From Octopus sinensis (lineage: Eukaryota), in contig NC_042999.1 of assembly GCF_006345805.1 (NCBI RefSeq), positions 1,798,001 to 1,862,000 on the forward strand: 64,000 nt of DNA. The letters are read 5' to 3'. The notes beneath the pieces are model-generated. The model saw only the letters and a list, made by a program, of their open reading frames with translations. It was not told where the DNA came from and did no database searches. Position numbers and translations under genes: made by a program. This document shows, in pieces, positions 12,383-25,827 of the stretch (the stretch's first letter is position 1; each line of letters begins with the position of its first letter).

Positions 12383-12700
12383 ACACACACACAAACACAC
12401 ACACATATAATAGTGGAAGCTAAATAGTATGCAGGTCAATTCTCGAAGAAAAGTGATTGCTTCTCATCAGAAGACACTGTCCTTCCTTTTGCATCGTACT
12501 TTATGTGTATGAATAAAATTGAAAGTATATCACATCCGTTCTGTGCGTTTTAGAGTGTATATCCATGTATGTAAGTTTAAATATACTTGTGCGACTGTGT
12601 ATATATGTGAAAGCGAGTCTTTATCTTTTAAAAGAAGTCTATCTTTGCGATGTTTGAATTCATGAATTTTTCAAACGTTCGAAAAAGTTTTCCTGTTCAT

Positions 12701-12703
<3 letters not shown>

Positions 12704-12777
<74 letters not shown>

Positions 12778-13249
12778 ATCATCATCATCATCGTTTAACG
12801 TCCACTTTACATGCTAGCATGGATTGGACGGTTTGACTGAGGGCTGGCGAACCAGATGGCTGCACCCGGCTCCAGTCTTGATCTGGCAGAGTTTCTACAG
12901 CTGAATGCCCTTCCTAACGCCAACCACTCCCAGAGTGTAGTGAGTGCTTTTACTTGCCACCGGCAGTAAGGTGACGCTGGTAGCGATCACGCTCGAATGG
13001 TGCCTTTTACATGCCACCAGCACGGAAGCCAGTTAGCCGCTCTGGCAACGATCATGCTCGGATGGTGCTCTAAGCACCCTACTAGCACAGGGCTTAAGTG
13101 CCAGTAAGGTGACGCTGGTAATGATCACACTCGAATGGTGCCTTTTATGTGCCACTGGCACGGAAGCCGGTTAGCCGCTCTGTCAACGATCACGCTCATA
13201 TGGTGCTCGTGCCCGTCATCGAATTTCACTTTGATTTTGATTTCACTTG
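12704..13249 (-). mobile_element. RTE LINE 3' tail flanked by 141-bp direct repeats
   Basis: (CAT)n tail at the left plus the RTE terminal block. 12563-12703 and 13250-13390 are near-identical direct repeats abutting both junctions. Confidence 0.9.
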
Positions 13250-13771
13250 CCATGTATGTAAGTTTAAATATACTTGTGCGACTGTGTATCTGTGTGAAAG
13301 CGAGTCTTTATCCTTTAAAAGAAGTCTATCTTTGCGATGTTAGAATTCACGAATTTTTCAAACGTTCCAAAAAGTTTCCCTGTTCATTTCCTTTAAATTA
13401 AATGTGATAGGGATTACAGAATTGGCATTTTTATCGTGATGATATTCAGAAACGTAACCCGAGAAAGAGAAAATTCAAAACGTTTATAATATATCTTGGT
13501 TAACTTTGTTGACTGACTTCAACAAATCCCCATTACCATAATTAATCTCGGTCTAGGTGAAGCTCTACGAAACATTATACAAATATATTTATCTTGGGGA
13601 ATATATATATACGCATATATCTTCGTATTATAACCTATAATGGCTAACAGAACATTAAGGATAGCGTTTTATTTGCTAACTGAGATATCCCTTAGAACAT
13701 AACCTACGAGATTACGGATACAAATTCATGCATGTGTATCGATTTGTATATACACCTATGTACGTATACAA

Positions 13772-13774
<3 letters not shown>

Positions 13775-13824
<50 letters not shown>

Positions 13825-13897
13825 CATACATACATATATATATAATATATATATACATATATTATATATATATATATATGTACATATATATATATAC

Positions 13898-13932
<35 letters not shown>

Positions 13933-14100
13933 CATATATAATCATATATTTATATATATAATATATACATATATATATATTATATATATATATGTACATA
14001 TATAGCCATATATATATATATGTACATATACAACCATATATATATATATATGTACAAATACAACCATATATATACATATATATACATATATATATACACT
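13775..14100. repeat. Degenerate (TA)n/(TACA) microsatellite
   Basis: Direct reading. Confidence 0.9.
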
Positions 14101-14191
14101 TATAAACACGTGTAAAGATGTGTACATGCTGCTATATGGATTTACAACTATATTACACAACTACATGCGTATACGAATATATTGCATATAA

Positions 14192-14231
<40 letters not shown>

Positions 14232-14914
14232 TTATATGCATATACAGAAATATGCACATATAGAGATTTGCATACAAAACTACGTATGCATACAGTTATA
14301 CGTATACAATTATATGCATACACCACAATATACTTATGCAACTACCTTATATCTGCAACTGCGTGGCATATAACACTATACACACATATCCAACTCTATG
14401 CGTATCCATTTATAATACATATACATATATATTGCACATGTATAGATTTGTTAGACTCAAAGAGAGAAATGAAATGCCTGCTGCTGGCTGCTTTCTTGCG
14501 TTGTAATGGGATATTAATGGCGGTTATCGTTATGTTTAGGGATTCCCAGTAAAGTGCAATATGCAAGTGGATAAGATACTGGATATTTAGAATAAGCATT
14601 AAATTCTGCTAAAAGCTTTACGACTTTGAACAAGAAACATTAATTTATATTACATTGTAAAACTAAATGGGAACTAACAATGCCAAGTAGGTTGGTTGTT
14701 AGGTCTTTAAGAATTAAAGAAAAATTGATACGTATGAAGGTTTTGAGAGGTTTACGAAGGTGTCTGGGATTAGTAAGAGAAGAGAATTAATTCTTGTTAG
14801 ATTTGATCTCAGTTCATAACTGCTCTAAGTTTTAAAACCATTAGAAGTCATCTAGCTATTGATCGCTTTGATAAAACAAGGGCCTTTACAATACTGCTGA
14901 CATCTGGAAGGCCC

Positions 14915-15123
14915 TGTAAGCTGGCAGAAACGTCAGCACGCCGGGCAAAATATTTAGCAGGATTTCGTCTGTCTTTACGTTCTGAGTTCAAATTCCACCG
15001 AGGTCAGCTTTGCCTTTCATCCTTTCAGAGTCGATAAATTAAGTACCAGTTGCATACTGGGGTCCATCTAATCGACTGGCCTCCTCCCCAAAAATTTTGG
15101 ACCTTGAGCCTACAATAGAAAAA
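14915..15123 (+). mobile_element. SINE with Meta-domain-like core
   Basis: AGCTGGCAGAAACGTCAGCACGCCGGGC head, GAGTTCAAATTCC B box and the core motif. Confidence 0.85.
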
Positions 15124-15454
15124 AATACTGCTGACATTTGGATCACCATAGCCTCTAAGTAGATATGCTTGTCTTAGTGGTTACATTGTTGCATTCACAA
15201 CCACAAGATTGTGGTTTCGATTCCTGAGCTGGGCGGTGCATTTTGGAGCCAAACATTTCCTTTCACGTTGCTCCAGTCCTTTCTACTACAAATGATGACA
15301 AACTTATCACGGACCGATGTCCCTTTCAAGCATAATGGAAACTGAGTAACCAGCCTCATGATTCCTAGGATTCGAAGAAGTAATGTTCAAGGGTCAATGA
15401 TGATGGTGATGGTGGTGGTCTTTAAGATTTATAAAGAGAAATAAATAAATTGCT

Positions 15455-15850
15455 TATTTACTTTCTTTTATTTGTTTCAGTCATTTGACTGGCCATGTTG
15501 GAGCACTGACTTTAGTCGAGCAAATCGACCCCAGGACTTATTCTTTGAAAGCCTTGTACTTATTCTATTGGTCCCTTTTGCCGAACCGCCAAGTTACGGC
15601 GACATAAACACACCAGCATCAGTCATCAAGTGATGTTAGGGGGACAAACACAGACACACAAACATATACATACATACATATATATACAACGGGCTTCTTT
15701 CAGTTTCCGTCTACCAAATCCACTCACAAGGCTTTGGTCGGCTCGAGGCTATATTAGAAGACACTTGCTGAAGGTGCCACGCAGCAGGACTGAACCCAAG
15801 GCTATGTGGTTGGTAAGCAAGCTACTTACCACACAGCCACTCCTACGCCT
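15455..15850 (-). mobile_element. CORE-like tRNA-derived SINE, near full length
   Basis: Colinear with 39985-40423 and 45438-45826. Confidence 0.85.
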
Positions 15851-16044
15851 ATTCTTTAATTCTTTCTCAAAAATATTAAATTATGTGTGTTTTAAGAGTA
15901 TGCATCATAATCTCTTCATCCGGGATCATCCACCACTCAAATTTCCATCTGAGACTCAATTAATTCTGCTTCAAAACCATTTGACAAAATCCCTCTTGAT
16001 CCATCATCTCATCTCATGTATCTCGTCCCATAGGACGCCCCTTC

Positions 16045-16572
16045 ATGGGGGTTTCGGTTGTGCATAGTATAGGAGTCAGAGGGTGATGCTTCATGTGGTC
16101 CTGCATTTTCCATCTAACTAGGAATATTAGGGTCTCGTCCATTGTCTTGTATTCAAGATCTTCTGCATGACATCCTGTTACTTCAAAGCCAGGAATCTGA
16201 TCTGTTAGGTCCTGCTGATAACTAAATCCATGCCCTGCTACCAACACTTTGATTTATTTTTCTTCAGGTTTTGTCTGTCTCCTACCCTTCGACCTGTCTG
16301 GCCTGGTAAGACCTGCCTGAAGATTTCTCTCCCTCCAGCAAAGCTCTCCGGGTCAGTGGAGCACACAGACACTTCACTGTGACAAGACTTGACTACACAG
16401 TAGTTCTTCTGCTCTTTGACAGGTCTTATTTTTCATCCCACAGGGTGTCCAACAATCACCCTCTTCACCAAGCAAGCTTGATGGGATTACCAGTTTGGTT
16501 GCCGACGACCCGACCCTGCGACAGGTTGTACTGGATTACATGTTACCAGTAGCGCTCGAGAGCGACCTGACA
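16045..16572 (-). mobile_element. Dispersed repeat, probable LINE 5' UTR fragment, copy B
   Basis: Colinear with 9075-9611, with the same 5' boundary. Confidence 0.6.
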
Positions 16573-16889
16573 ATATATCCTAATCCATTATATAACATTT
16601 GTATATAAAGACGTTGACCTCAACACCATAATTATGAAGAACAGTCATCAGACAATGCTTCTGCTGTTGTTACTGTTGCTTATGGTGGTTGAGTTTTATT
16701 TGGCCTAGAGTCAACCCTTTCAGAGCAAAAGAAAGTTCCAGTTATATCGATCCTGTCTTTTATTTAGACACAGTGTAAACATAATGCCCTTATGTGTTCT
16801 TCCTTTTATAAGACAGTAAATATTATTTGAATGAGATTTGACTGCTGATTCTAGCAGGTCAATTCTTAACTGTGTTTTATTTATTTTAT

Positions 16890-17580
16890 TAGAGAGACAT
16901 TTGCATTGGTATGGTCATGTACTGCAGATGGACGAGGAGAGATGTGTGAAGAAGTGCTACTCCCAAACAGTGGGAGGAATCAAGAGTAGAGGGAAACCCA
17001 GGAAGACATGGGATGAGGTGGTGAAGCATGAATTTCGAATGTTGGGCCTCACAGAGGCAATGAGGAAAGACTGAGACCTCTGGAGATATACTGTGACTGA
17101 GAAGACCCTGCAGATAAAGTGAGTCCACAGCTGTAACCTACACCAGCATTGCATAACCAGCCCACTCAAAAGTACCTTGGATCGTAGGGCGACATACCAT
17201 GCTTGAGGAGACCTATTGAGTCAAGTACATCAACATCAAAATCAAATCAAATGGAACTTGTAGTTGTGACCCCCGTGCCGGTAGCACGTAAAAAGCACCA
17301 TCCGAACGTGGACGATGCCAGTGCTGCTCTGACTGGCTTCCGTGCCAGTGGGAAATAAAAAGCACTATCCGATCATGGTCGATGCCAGCTACTCTGGCCC
17401 CTGTGCCAGTGGCACTAAAAAAGTACCCACTACACTCATGGAGTGGTTGGCATTAGGAAGGGCATCCAGCCGGAGAAACTCTACCAGATAAGATTGGGGC
17501 CTGGTGCAGCTTCCTAGCTTCGCAGTCAAACCGTCCAACCCATGCTAGCATGGAAAACAGACGTTAAATGATGAGGATCA
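16890..17580 (+). mobile_element. RTE LINE 3' fragment (ORF C-terminus plus 3' UTR)
   Basis: Translates ERHLHWYGHVLQMDEERCVKKC...GKPRKTWDEVVKHEFRMLGLT, homologous to 52100-52471, followed by the RTE 3' UTR. Confidence 0.9.
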
Positions 17581-18120
17581 TCATCATGATTCTCACTTGC
17601 CAAAATCTTTTCACTCTAGACCTTTGAGCAACAACTTTGTGCAAGATTTGTGAGCAAAACCTAAAGACATTAAACAAACCAATGCTCTACAGAGTTCAAG
17701 TTCAGAGAATCCTGTCTTTAATTTCAGGGCATACAGAACTATTCATGTGTCTCTATTCTATAATACCCGAGATGGAATTCGATAGAGGTTTGGATGCAAA
17801 TTCTAGCAAGTCAATAAATCGTCTGGTGGTTCACTTGTCAGCTCAAACTAGTCTGTTATTTTCTGTTAGAAGTTCACTCAGAGAATAGGAATCGTATTTG
17901 TGCTGAAGAGTTACCGTTCTGCCTTACAACGATTTTAGCTCGTTCTCTGTAAATAATTTTACGCTTTCCAAAATCCTATTATGCAACTAGATTAGCATAA
18001 TCAAATAGATAAGGCAAGGATAATTAAATCTACAACAATACATTCTGATATATGCCCTGTAGTTGACTTCAAATTTCTGACCTGTGTAACACAAGATTAA
18101 GACCCTAACAATTACTCTAC

Positions 18121-18177
<57 letters not shown>

Positions 18178-19132
18178 CCTCTCTCTCTCTTTCTCTCTCC
18201 CTCCTCTCTCTCTCTCTCTGTCAGGTGCTACCATTCCAAAGCCATAACATCTCATTCTTTTTTTATTCCTTTTATCCAAATCAATATATGTGGAAATTTT
18301 CTGTATCATTAATTAGTGTTATATTATCTCTTATGAATCTGACAGAATTTCAACTAATACTATGATAAAATTAATTTCATATTCATTCCAGCAGATTTTC
18401 CAAAATATCTTATTCACACCTCTAGATTCCAAATTAACTCATATTCAATGTTTAGGAATTTTCGTTTTTGTTCTTCATTTATTTTATATCATTATATTTA
18501 TTGTGTTTCATTTTATAGAACTTTATTATTTTTCTCATCTTGTTTCTCAATTTTAATACATATTTAATCCACCTCATCATCTCTGTCTAATAATTTACAT
18601 CACATTCTTTCTTTCTTTCTTTCTTTCTTTCGTTCTTTCTAGTTTCTCTTTTCTAATACTTGTAAACTTATACAAAAAATAGAAAAAAGTCCCTCCTACC
18701 GAACAGTTTGCACATAACCTTTTGAAAGATTTTATGCTTTCTCTGCTACAGTATCTGTTTCTCTCTCTTTTCTATCAACTCATATATTTATTACAAGCAT
18801 ACATCATAATCATCATTATCATCGTCGTCATCATTATCATCGTCGTTGTTATCATCGTCGTCGTCATCAAAATTCCTTTGCTTTTGCTATTTTAGTGTAT
18901 CTTTTTTTTCCATGTTGCCATGGGTTAGGGGAGCCATGTTTAAGCAAATGTTTGCTGGCCAGATCCCCTTCCTACCACCAGCTCCCACTTGGCGCTAGGT
19001 AAGGTGCTGTTTGCTACTGTCCTTCCAAACATGGAGCACCTCAAAGGATGCCTATGATTTCAATGCATATGTAAACAATATGAAAACAATGAGAAGACGT
19101 GTCACACAGTCATACATTTACACACAAAATTT

Positions 19133-19182
<50 letters not shown>

Positions 19183-19221
19183 TATATATATACATACATA
19201 TATTTACACATTTACACAGAA

Positions 19222-19275
<54 letters not shown>

Positions 19276-19303
19276 CATATATTTACACATTTACACAGAA
19301 ATA

Positions 19304-19342
<39 letters not shown>

Positions 19343-19611
19343 GTGTGTATTCTACTTATAAGGTATCTGTTTATTTCTGAATACACACACACATACATAC
19401 ATATATATATATATATATACATGCATATATGTGTGTGTATGTATGTATATGCTTGCAAAGGAAACTCGTTAACACCATGAAAATCCCCCCCCCATACACA
19501 CACACTCATACACACACACGTAATTCAAATTTACAGTAAACAAAATATGAAGACAGATGACAGAACAACAAGCAGGTGTGTTAGTTTGACACCCAGGAAG
19601 AAGGGAAAACA

Positions 19612-19648
19612 TCTTTGACGTTTCAAACCTATGCTCTTCTTCAAGAAA
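19612..19648 (-). ncRNA. Decayed minimal type I hammerhead ribozyme motif
   Basis: Minus strand reads TTT C TTGAAGA A GAGC ATAG GTTT GAAAC GTC AAAG. Stem II holds by wobble pairs, GAAAC-GTC is intact, and the core has an extra or altered T. Confidence 0.5.
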
Positions 19649-19887
19649 GGAATGAGAGGAAAAACCACAGAGAGAGAGAAAAAATTTTGTAGGGATTAAT
19701 AGTTTAACATGTTGATGTTTTAAAGCCGAACCAATACAAGTTATTAGAAATAATACAAGTCGATGGTTAGTACTGTTATGTTGAGTTTCAATATTTTGGT
19801 GTCAGGAAATCTTCTTAAGGAAATATTCTGAGATATGGTGTTGAAAGCTGACTTTTCTTGTCTGTTCCATTGTGTCCATCATCATCA

Positions 19888-20215
19888 TCATTATCATCAT
19901 TTAACGTCCACTTTTCATGATAGCATGGGCTGGACGATTTGACTGAGGACTGGCAAACTAGATGGCTGCACCAGGCTCTAGTCTGATCTGGCAGAGTTTC
20001 TCCTGCTGGATGCCCTTCCTAATGCCAACCACTCCGAGAGTGTAGTGGGTGCTTTTACATGCCACTTGTACGAGGGCCAGTCAGGCGGTACTGGCAATGG
20101 CCACACTCAAATGGTGTTTCTTATGTGCCACCTACACAGGAGCCATTCCTGCAGCACTGGCAATGACCTCACTCGAATCTTTTTTCATGTGCCACCAGCA
20201 CAAGTGCCAATAAGA
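19888..20215 (-). mobile_element. RTE LINE 3' tail
   Basis: (CAT)n tail, GGATGCCCTTCCTAATGCCAACCACTCC block and hairpin units. Confidence 0.85.
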
Positions 20216-21054
20216 TGACAATGAAAAATTGCTTTGTAAACACAGGATAGCTTATGAATTACTTTTCTTTTTATTTTAACTATTTTATTTTACCATAAAT
20301 AATACTTTCACCTATAAGCACAGAACCTGAAATTTTGGAGAAAATGGCTAGCTGAGTACATCAACCGCAGTTGCTCAACATGTATTAATTGGATCAAACT
20401 GAAAAGGATGAAAGGTAAAGTCAAGGCCGATGAAATTTGAACTGGGAATGTAAATCCAGAAGGAATGCCACTAAGTATTGTCTTCAGCATACTCATGATT
20501 TGGATCGTTACTATTTATATTTTATTTGGACCAGTCTATCTCTCACAAGGGGGTGTCGTAACTCTCATCACAACAGTGTGTGTGTGTGTAAGTCTGCATG
20601 TGTGTATGAGAGAGTGTCTTTTAGTCGATTCAATAGGCAAAAAGTTCTGAAGGGTGGTGCTCCAATATGGTCGCAATTTGATGACTAAAACAAGTAAAAG
20701 ATAAAAGATAAATTTGTGTATGTGTGTGTGCATGTATGTGTGCGTGTATGTGTGCGTGTGCATATGTGTGTGAGTCTATGTTTACCTGTATCTTGACATC
20801 ATGTGATGGTTGTAAGCAGGTGTCACTGCCACTCAAGCGATGTTGTTCATTTTTATTCTTCTGTGGGAAACATATTATTGCCTTTCTTGGAAACAGGTAA
20901 TGATTGGCAACAGGTAGAGACTGTTCCAGCCGTAGACTGATTGTCTCAAAAAATTCCATCTAACCCATACCTGCATGGAAAACCAGGCAATAACGGATGG
21001 TAATGGTGAAAGTCCTCTAAGTCTTGTGATGCATGTGTACAACAAACACATAAC

Positions 21055-21625
21055 CTTTTCTACTCTAGGCACAAAGCCCAAAATTTTTGGTGAGGGTGGC
21101 CAGTCGATTAGACCGACCCCAGTATGCAACTGGTACTTAATTTATCGATCCTGAAAGGATGAAAGGAAAATTTGACCTTGGCAGATTTTGAACTCAGAAT
21201 GTAAAGACAGACAAAATACCTATTTCTTTACTACCCACAAGGGGCTACACACAGAGGGGACAAACAAGGACAGACAAACGGATTAAGTAGAAAATATAGA
21301 CCCCAGTGCATAACTGGTACTTAATTTATCGACTCCGAAAGGATGAAAGGCAAAGTCGACCTCGGCAGAATTTGAACTCGAAACATAGCGCTAAGCATTT
21401 CACCTGGCATGCTAACGTTTCTTATTTCTTTACTGCTCACAGGAGGCTAAACATAGAGGGAAACAAAGACAGACAAAGAGATTAAGTCAATTACATTGAT
21501 CCCAGTATGCAACTGGTACTTAATTTATCAACCTCGAAAGATGAAATGCAAACTCAGAACATAGCGGCAGACGAAATACCGCTAAGCATTTCGCCCAGCA
21601 TGCTAACATTTCTTCCAGCTCACCA
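21055..21625 (-). mobile_element. Tandemly iterated Meta-like SINE segments (three core copies)
   Basis: AACTGGTACTTAATTTATC occurs at ~21128, ~21312 and ~21512. Confidence 0.8.
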
Positions 21626-22209
21626 TCCTGTATACCAAACGCATATTGTCTAAGCAGAAGTGTTTACCAACAACAGAAAACATCAGCGAATGGCATATTC
21701 AAACTCATGTCCCTATGAAAGGCTATTTCTTCATAACCGTTCTATATTTCTTCATTCTCTCAAATATCATCATTCCTCAACTGCTTGTGGTTTACTAAAT
21801 TATTGGTTTTTATCAATACTAGTCTTCTAGTGTTCTAGAGAATCAGTTCTATCATTACAACTTGCTTTCAAACCTTCTGAGTTGTTTTACATGGCTTAGA
21901 AAAACTGAAGGACTGCTGCATTAAGTGTGTGAATCTGGGAGAGGAATATGTTGAATAGAATCATAATTAACAACTGATCCACTTGAATTTTCTTCAAGCC
22001 GAAGCCAAGAACTTTTCAGCTGCTCTTTGTACATATATATGAGGCATCTCTCAGCCTCAGAGAATATTCATCTGTTAAAGTAAGATTTTGGTTCTGGGTT
22101 TATAGGAAGATTAGAAACCAGGAATGGAAACTACCGAAACACTTGATAGTTACATAATTTCCCCATCAGGATGCAGTTGTATAATTTAATCATCTTGCTT
22201 CCCCCTCGT

Positions 22210-22385
22210 ATATATGTATGCATATATGTATGCATGTATGTATGTATGTATGTATGTATGTATGTATGCATGTATGCATGCATGCATGCATGCATGTATG
22301 TATGTATGTATGTATGTATGCATATATGTATGCATGCATGTATGTATGTATGTATGTATGTATGCATGTATGTATGTATGTATGT
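22210..22385. repeat. (TATG)n/(CATG)n microsatellite
   Basis: Direct reading. Confidence 0.9.
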
Positions 22386-22769
22386 GGATATATATATTTG
22401 GAAACACCCCCCTCTTTTGTTTTATATATATATATAGATGGATGGATGGATGAGTAGACAGATAGATACACACACATGCACACATATATGCATACACATA
22501 CACACACACACATACACACACATTTTTGTTTGAGTTTCATTTAAGTTCTTAGGAGAGTTCACGCTGGTCACAAACAAAGTGACCGGCTTGAACTTCTCTC
22601 TTTCTCTCTCTGTCTTACACACTCTCTCCCTCTCTCACTCTCTCTTATATATATAGAGAGAGAGAAAGAAAGGGAGAGAGAGGGAGAGATAGATAGAGAG
22701 ATATACATACATACATATAAATATATATATATACAAACATGCACAAGCACATACATACACACACACACA

Positions 22770-22812
<43 letters not shown>

Positions 22813-24274
22813 GTATATATATGTATATATGTAAACATATGAACGTAAGTAAGTCTGTCTGTATGTATATTACAACTAGTTAGGTATCTTGGCTCTAAGT
22901 GCAGTGTATAAAATCGGTAACTGGATAACCAGTTACAAAGAGTTGACCCGGCAGGCATTTATATGACACTGTATCGATTTGCCAAGCTGTTATATTAAAT
23001 AATTTAAGCAATCAACTATTAACCTTCCATGACTATATTCTTTCATTTAATATCCTTATTTTCTTCTAAAAGGACACAATTTTACTATTAATATCAAACT
23101 GGTTCTTCAAACGGTGGAATGCTTCTTAGCTAAACATTTTCTTACATTTCCTCTTCTACATATTTGATCATGCCAAACATTTGAAGAACTTTCTAACGAG
23201 TTATATATATATATATATTTTTTTTTTTTATATATTTCTCATCGTAAACTAACTCTTTCGTTTATATATTATTTCTGTGTGTTAGTTTTATTGTTTTATT
23301 ATGTTTTAACTCTTTCGTTCTTCTTCCATGACACATTACTACACACATCTGACAACAGATAACTTAAACATTGGAGCAGACCAAACTGAAAATATTCTTC
23401 TTCTATTTCCAACTACAAAAGAAAATTCTCATCATCGTTTTGAAGAATTTCTTTTCTTTCCATTTCTTTATTTATCGCAGAATACATTTCTGTTCAAAAC
23501 CATTGCAGGAAAGGATGCAATCAAACATAGACTTTCTTGTGCAAGGCGCATTCCACATTTTTCAAAGCTGTTACCGTATACACGGGATTCCTCAGATCTC
23601 TTTCACAAACATAAAAGCTAACAAGTTCCAGAAGTAACTATCTAATTGACATATATTTAGATGTTTTGCCTTAGGTCTTTCATTAAGAAAACCATATTTC
23701 CTTTTATCATCTATTCTAGGACAACTTTTATTTTGTTATCTTTTCGCATGATTATTCTTCTTACTGCCATTGCAATACCGTTATTGTTGCTATCAGTATT
23801 TCTCATATTGATGTAGCTTTTGTTGCATAGATATTATACGTATGGCGCCAACAAATACTTCAGCGTTTCTTATTATATTTCTATAGTTTTCTTGTGGTTA
23901 CTGTCGTAGTAGTAAAAAAAAAAAAGTATGGTTAGACATTAGCAATTGTTTGATAAGTCGGTAACTGTGGCATTTACTCATTCTTATTGGTAAATATTAT
24001 TTTGATATGTTCGTTAGAAAGTACAGAGGTAAGAAAATTGTGGAATTTAACAGGATGTGTTAGTTGACATAAATGGCAAATCAATAGAATTATTAAAGAA
24101 TTGCATTGAATGCCTTGCAGTATTTGTCCCAGCTCTTTGTCGTGTTTCGAGTTCAAATCCCATCAAAATAAACTTGGACTTTCTTCCTTAAATGTCCAGT
24201 AAAGGAAGAGTTAAATACCGGAACTGACTCCCCCATCTCTCTCTCTCTTCCATCTCTCTTTCCTTGTCTCTGTT

Positions 24275-24445
24275 TCTTATTTCTTTATTGCCCACAAGGC
24301 TCTAAACATAGAGGGGACAAACAAGGACAGACAAAGGGATTAAGTCGATTATATCGACCCCAGGGCATAACTGGTACTTAATTTATCGACCCCGAAAGGA
24401 TGAAAGGCAGTCGACCTCGGCGAAATTTGAACTCAGAACGTCTTT
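24275..24445 (-). mobile_element. Meta-like SINE fragment
   Basis: Core motif on the minus strand. Confidence 0.8.
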
Positions 24446-25787
24446 GTCTCTGTTTCTCTCTTACATCCAAACTTCATTATGTTATACCAAGAGAATTGCT
24501 GAAGTGGACTACGGAGAGTGTCATTTTCAAGATCCTCTGCATGACATCCTGCTAGTTCAAAGCCAGGAATCTGATCTGTTAGGTCCTAGAGTAGAAAAGA
24601 ATGACAGCAAATTGTAGTATTTTATGTATAAACAAAGTACAAAATAAGGTACATAATAATCACACATACAAACATTCACATACTTCCCTTGTATACACAC
24701 ACACACACACACACACCACACACACATACTCACAGAGTTGAAATGCTGATTTTTTCCACCCCTTCCTTTCTCTCATTGCTATTACTTTCTCTCACTCCCT
24801 CTCAGTCAGGGCTATTACTCTCACTACTTTTCCTTCACTGAATTACTATTTTCTCTCCTCCTCCACATCCGGTGTGATTCTGGACAAATATATATATATA
24901 TATATACAAATATATAAAAACACTACGCTCAATATTATATCAGAAGATGAACCAGAGAAATGAATTATATTCTTCCCGGCTCTATTTTATTTGGGTTCAC
25001 AAGCATTATTAGATACACCTAAACCATTGTTACAATAAAGACTGAGATGAAATGAAGTGACTTGTTTTCATAAGTAGAGGTGAAATGATCACAAGCATTT
25101 GTGATCTTCTTTCTCTCACTCCCTCTCAGTCAGGGTTATTACTCTCACTACTTTTCCTTCACTGAATTACTATTTTCTCTCCTCCTCTGCATCCGGGGTG
25201 ATTCTGGATAAATATATATATATACACAAATATACGAAAATTCTATGCTTGATATTATATTAGAAGTGATCACAAGAAGTCATGTACATCAAATGAATCT
25301 GTGCCTTTGTTAATTAAATTTTTGGATTGAATTTTTTGACTAATGCTGCATTCTTATCAAAGAGCATTTTTTTCTCCTGTATATTATTACATCTATCTTC
25401 TTTCTATTGCTAAACCTAAAGTTTTATCTCACATCTGTTCTATATAAATGACTACCGAATAAAATTGTGCCAGTCTGGTATTATGAATATTTCAGATATT
25501 TCTAAACCAGATTATTGTTCAACAATTATTCCATTCCTGGATATTAGTGGCTGTTCTAATATTACGATTAATCTTGATAAGTATTATTATATAACTAATC
25601 CACTTCATATTAAGCAGAATATATTTCAGCTTGGATTGAAGTACAACTAGTGATATTTAATGAAGATAATGAAGATAAGCTAATACTACTAATCTGTATA
25701 AGTTTACCTGATAAAGTCTTCGCTTCTCAATTAAAGTTGGCATACGTTTGTGGGTTGACTTGCACATTAATTATATAACAGAGAATA

Positions 25788-25823
<36 letters not shown>

Positions 25824-25827
<4 letters not shown>

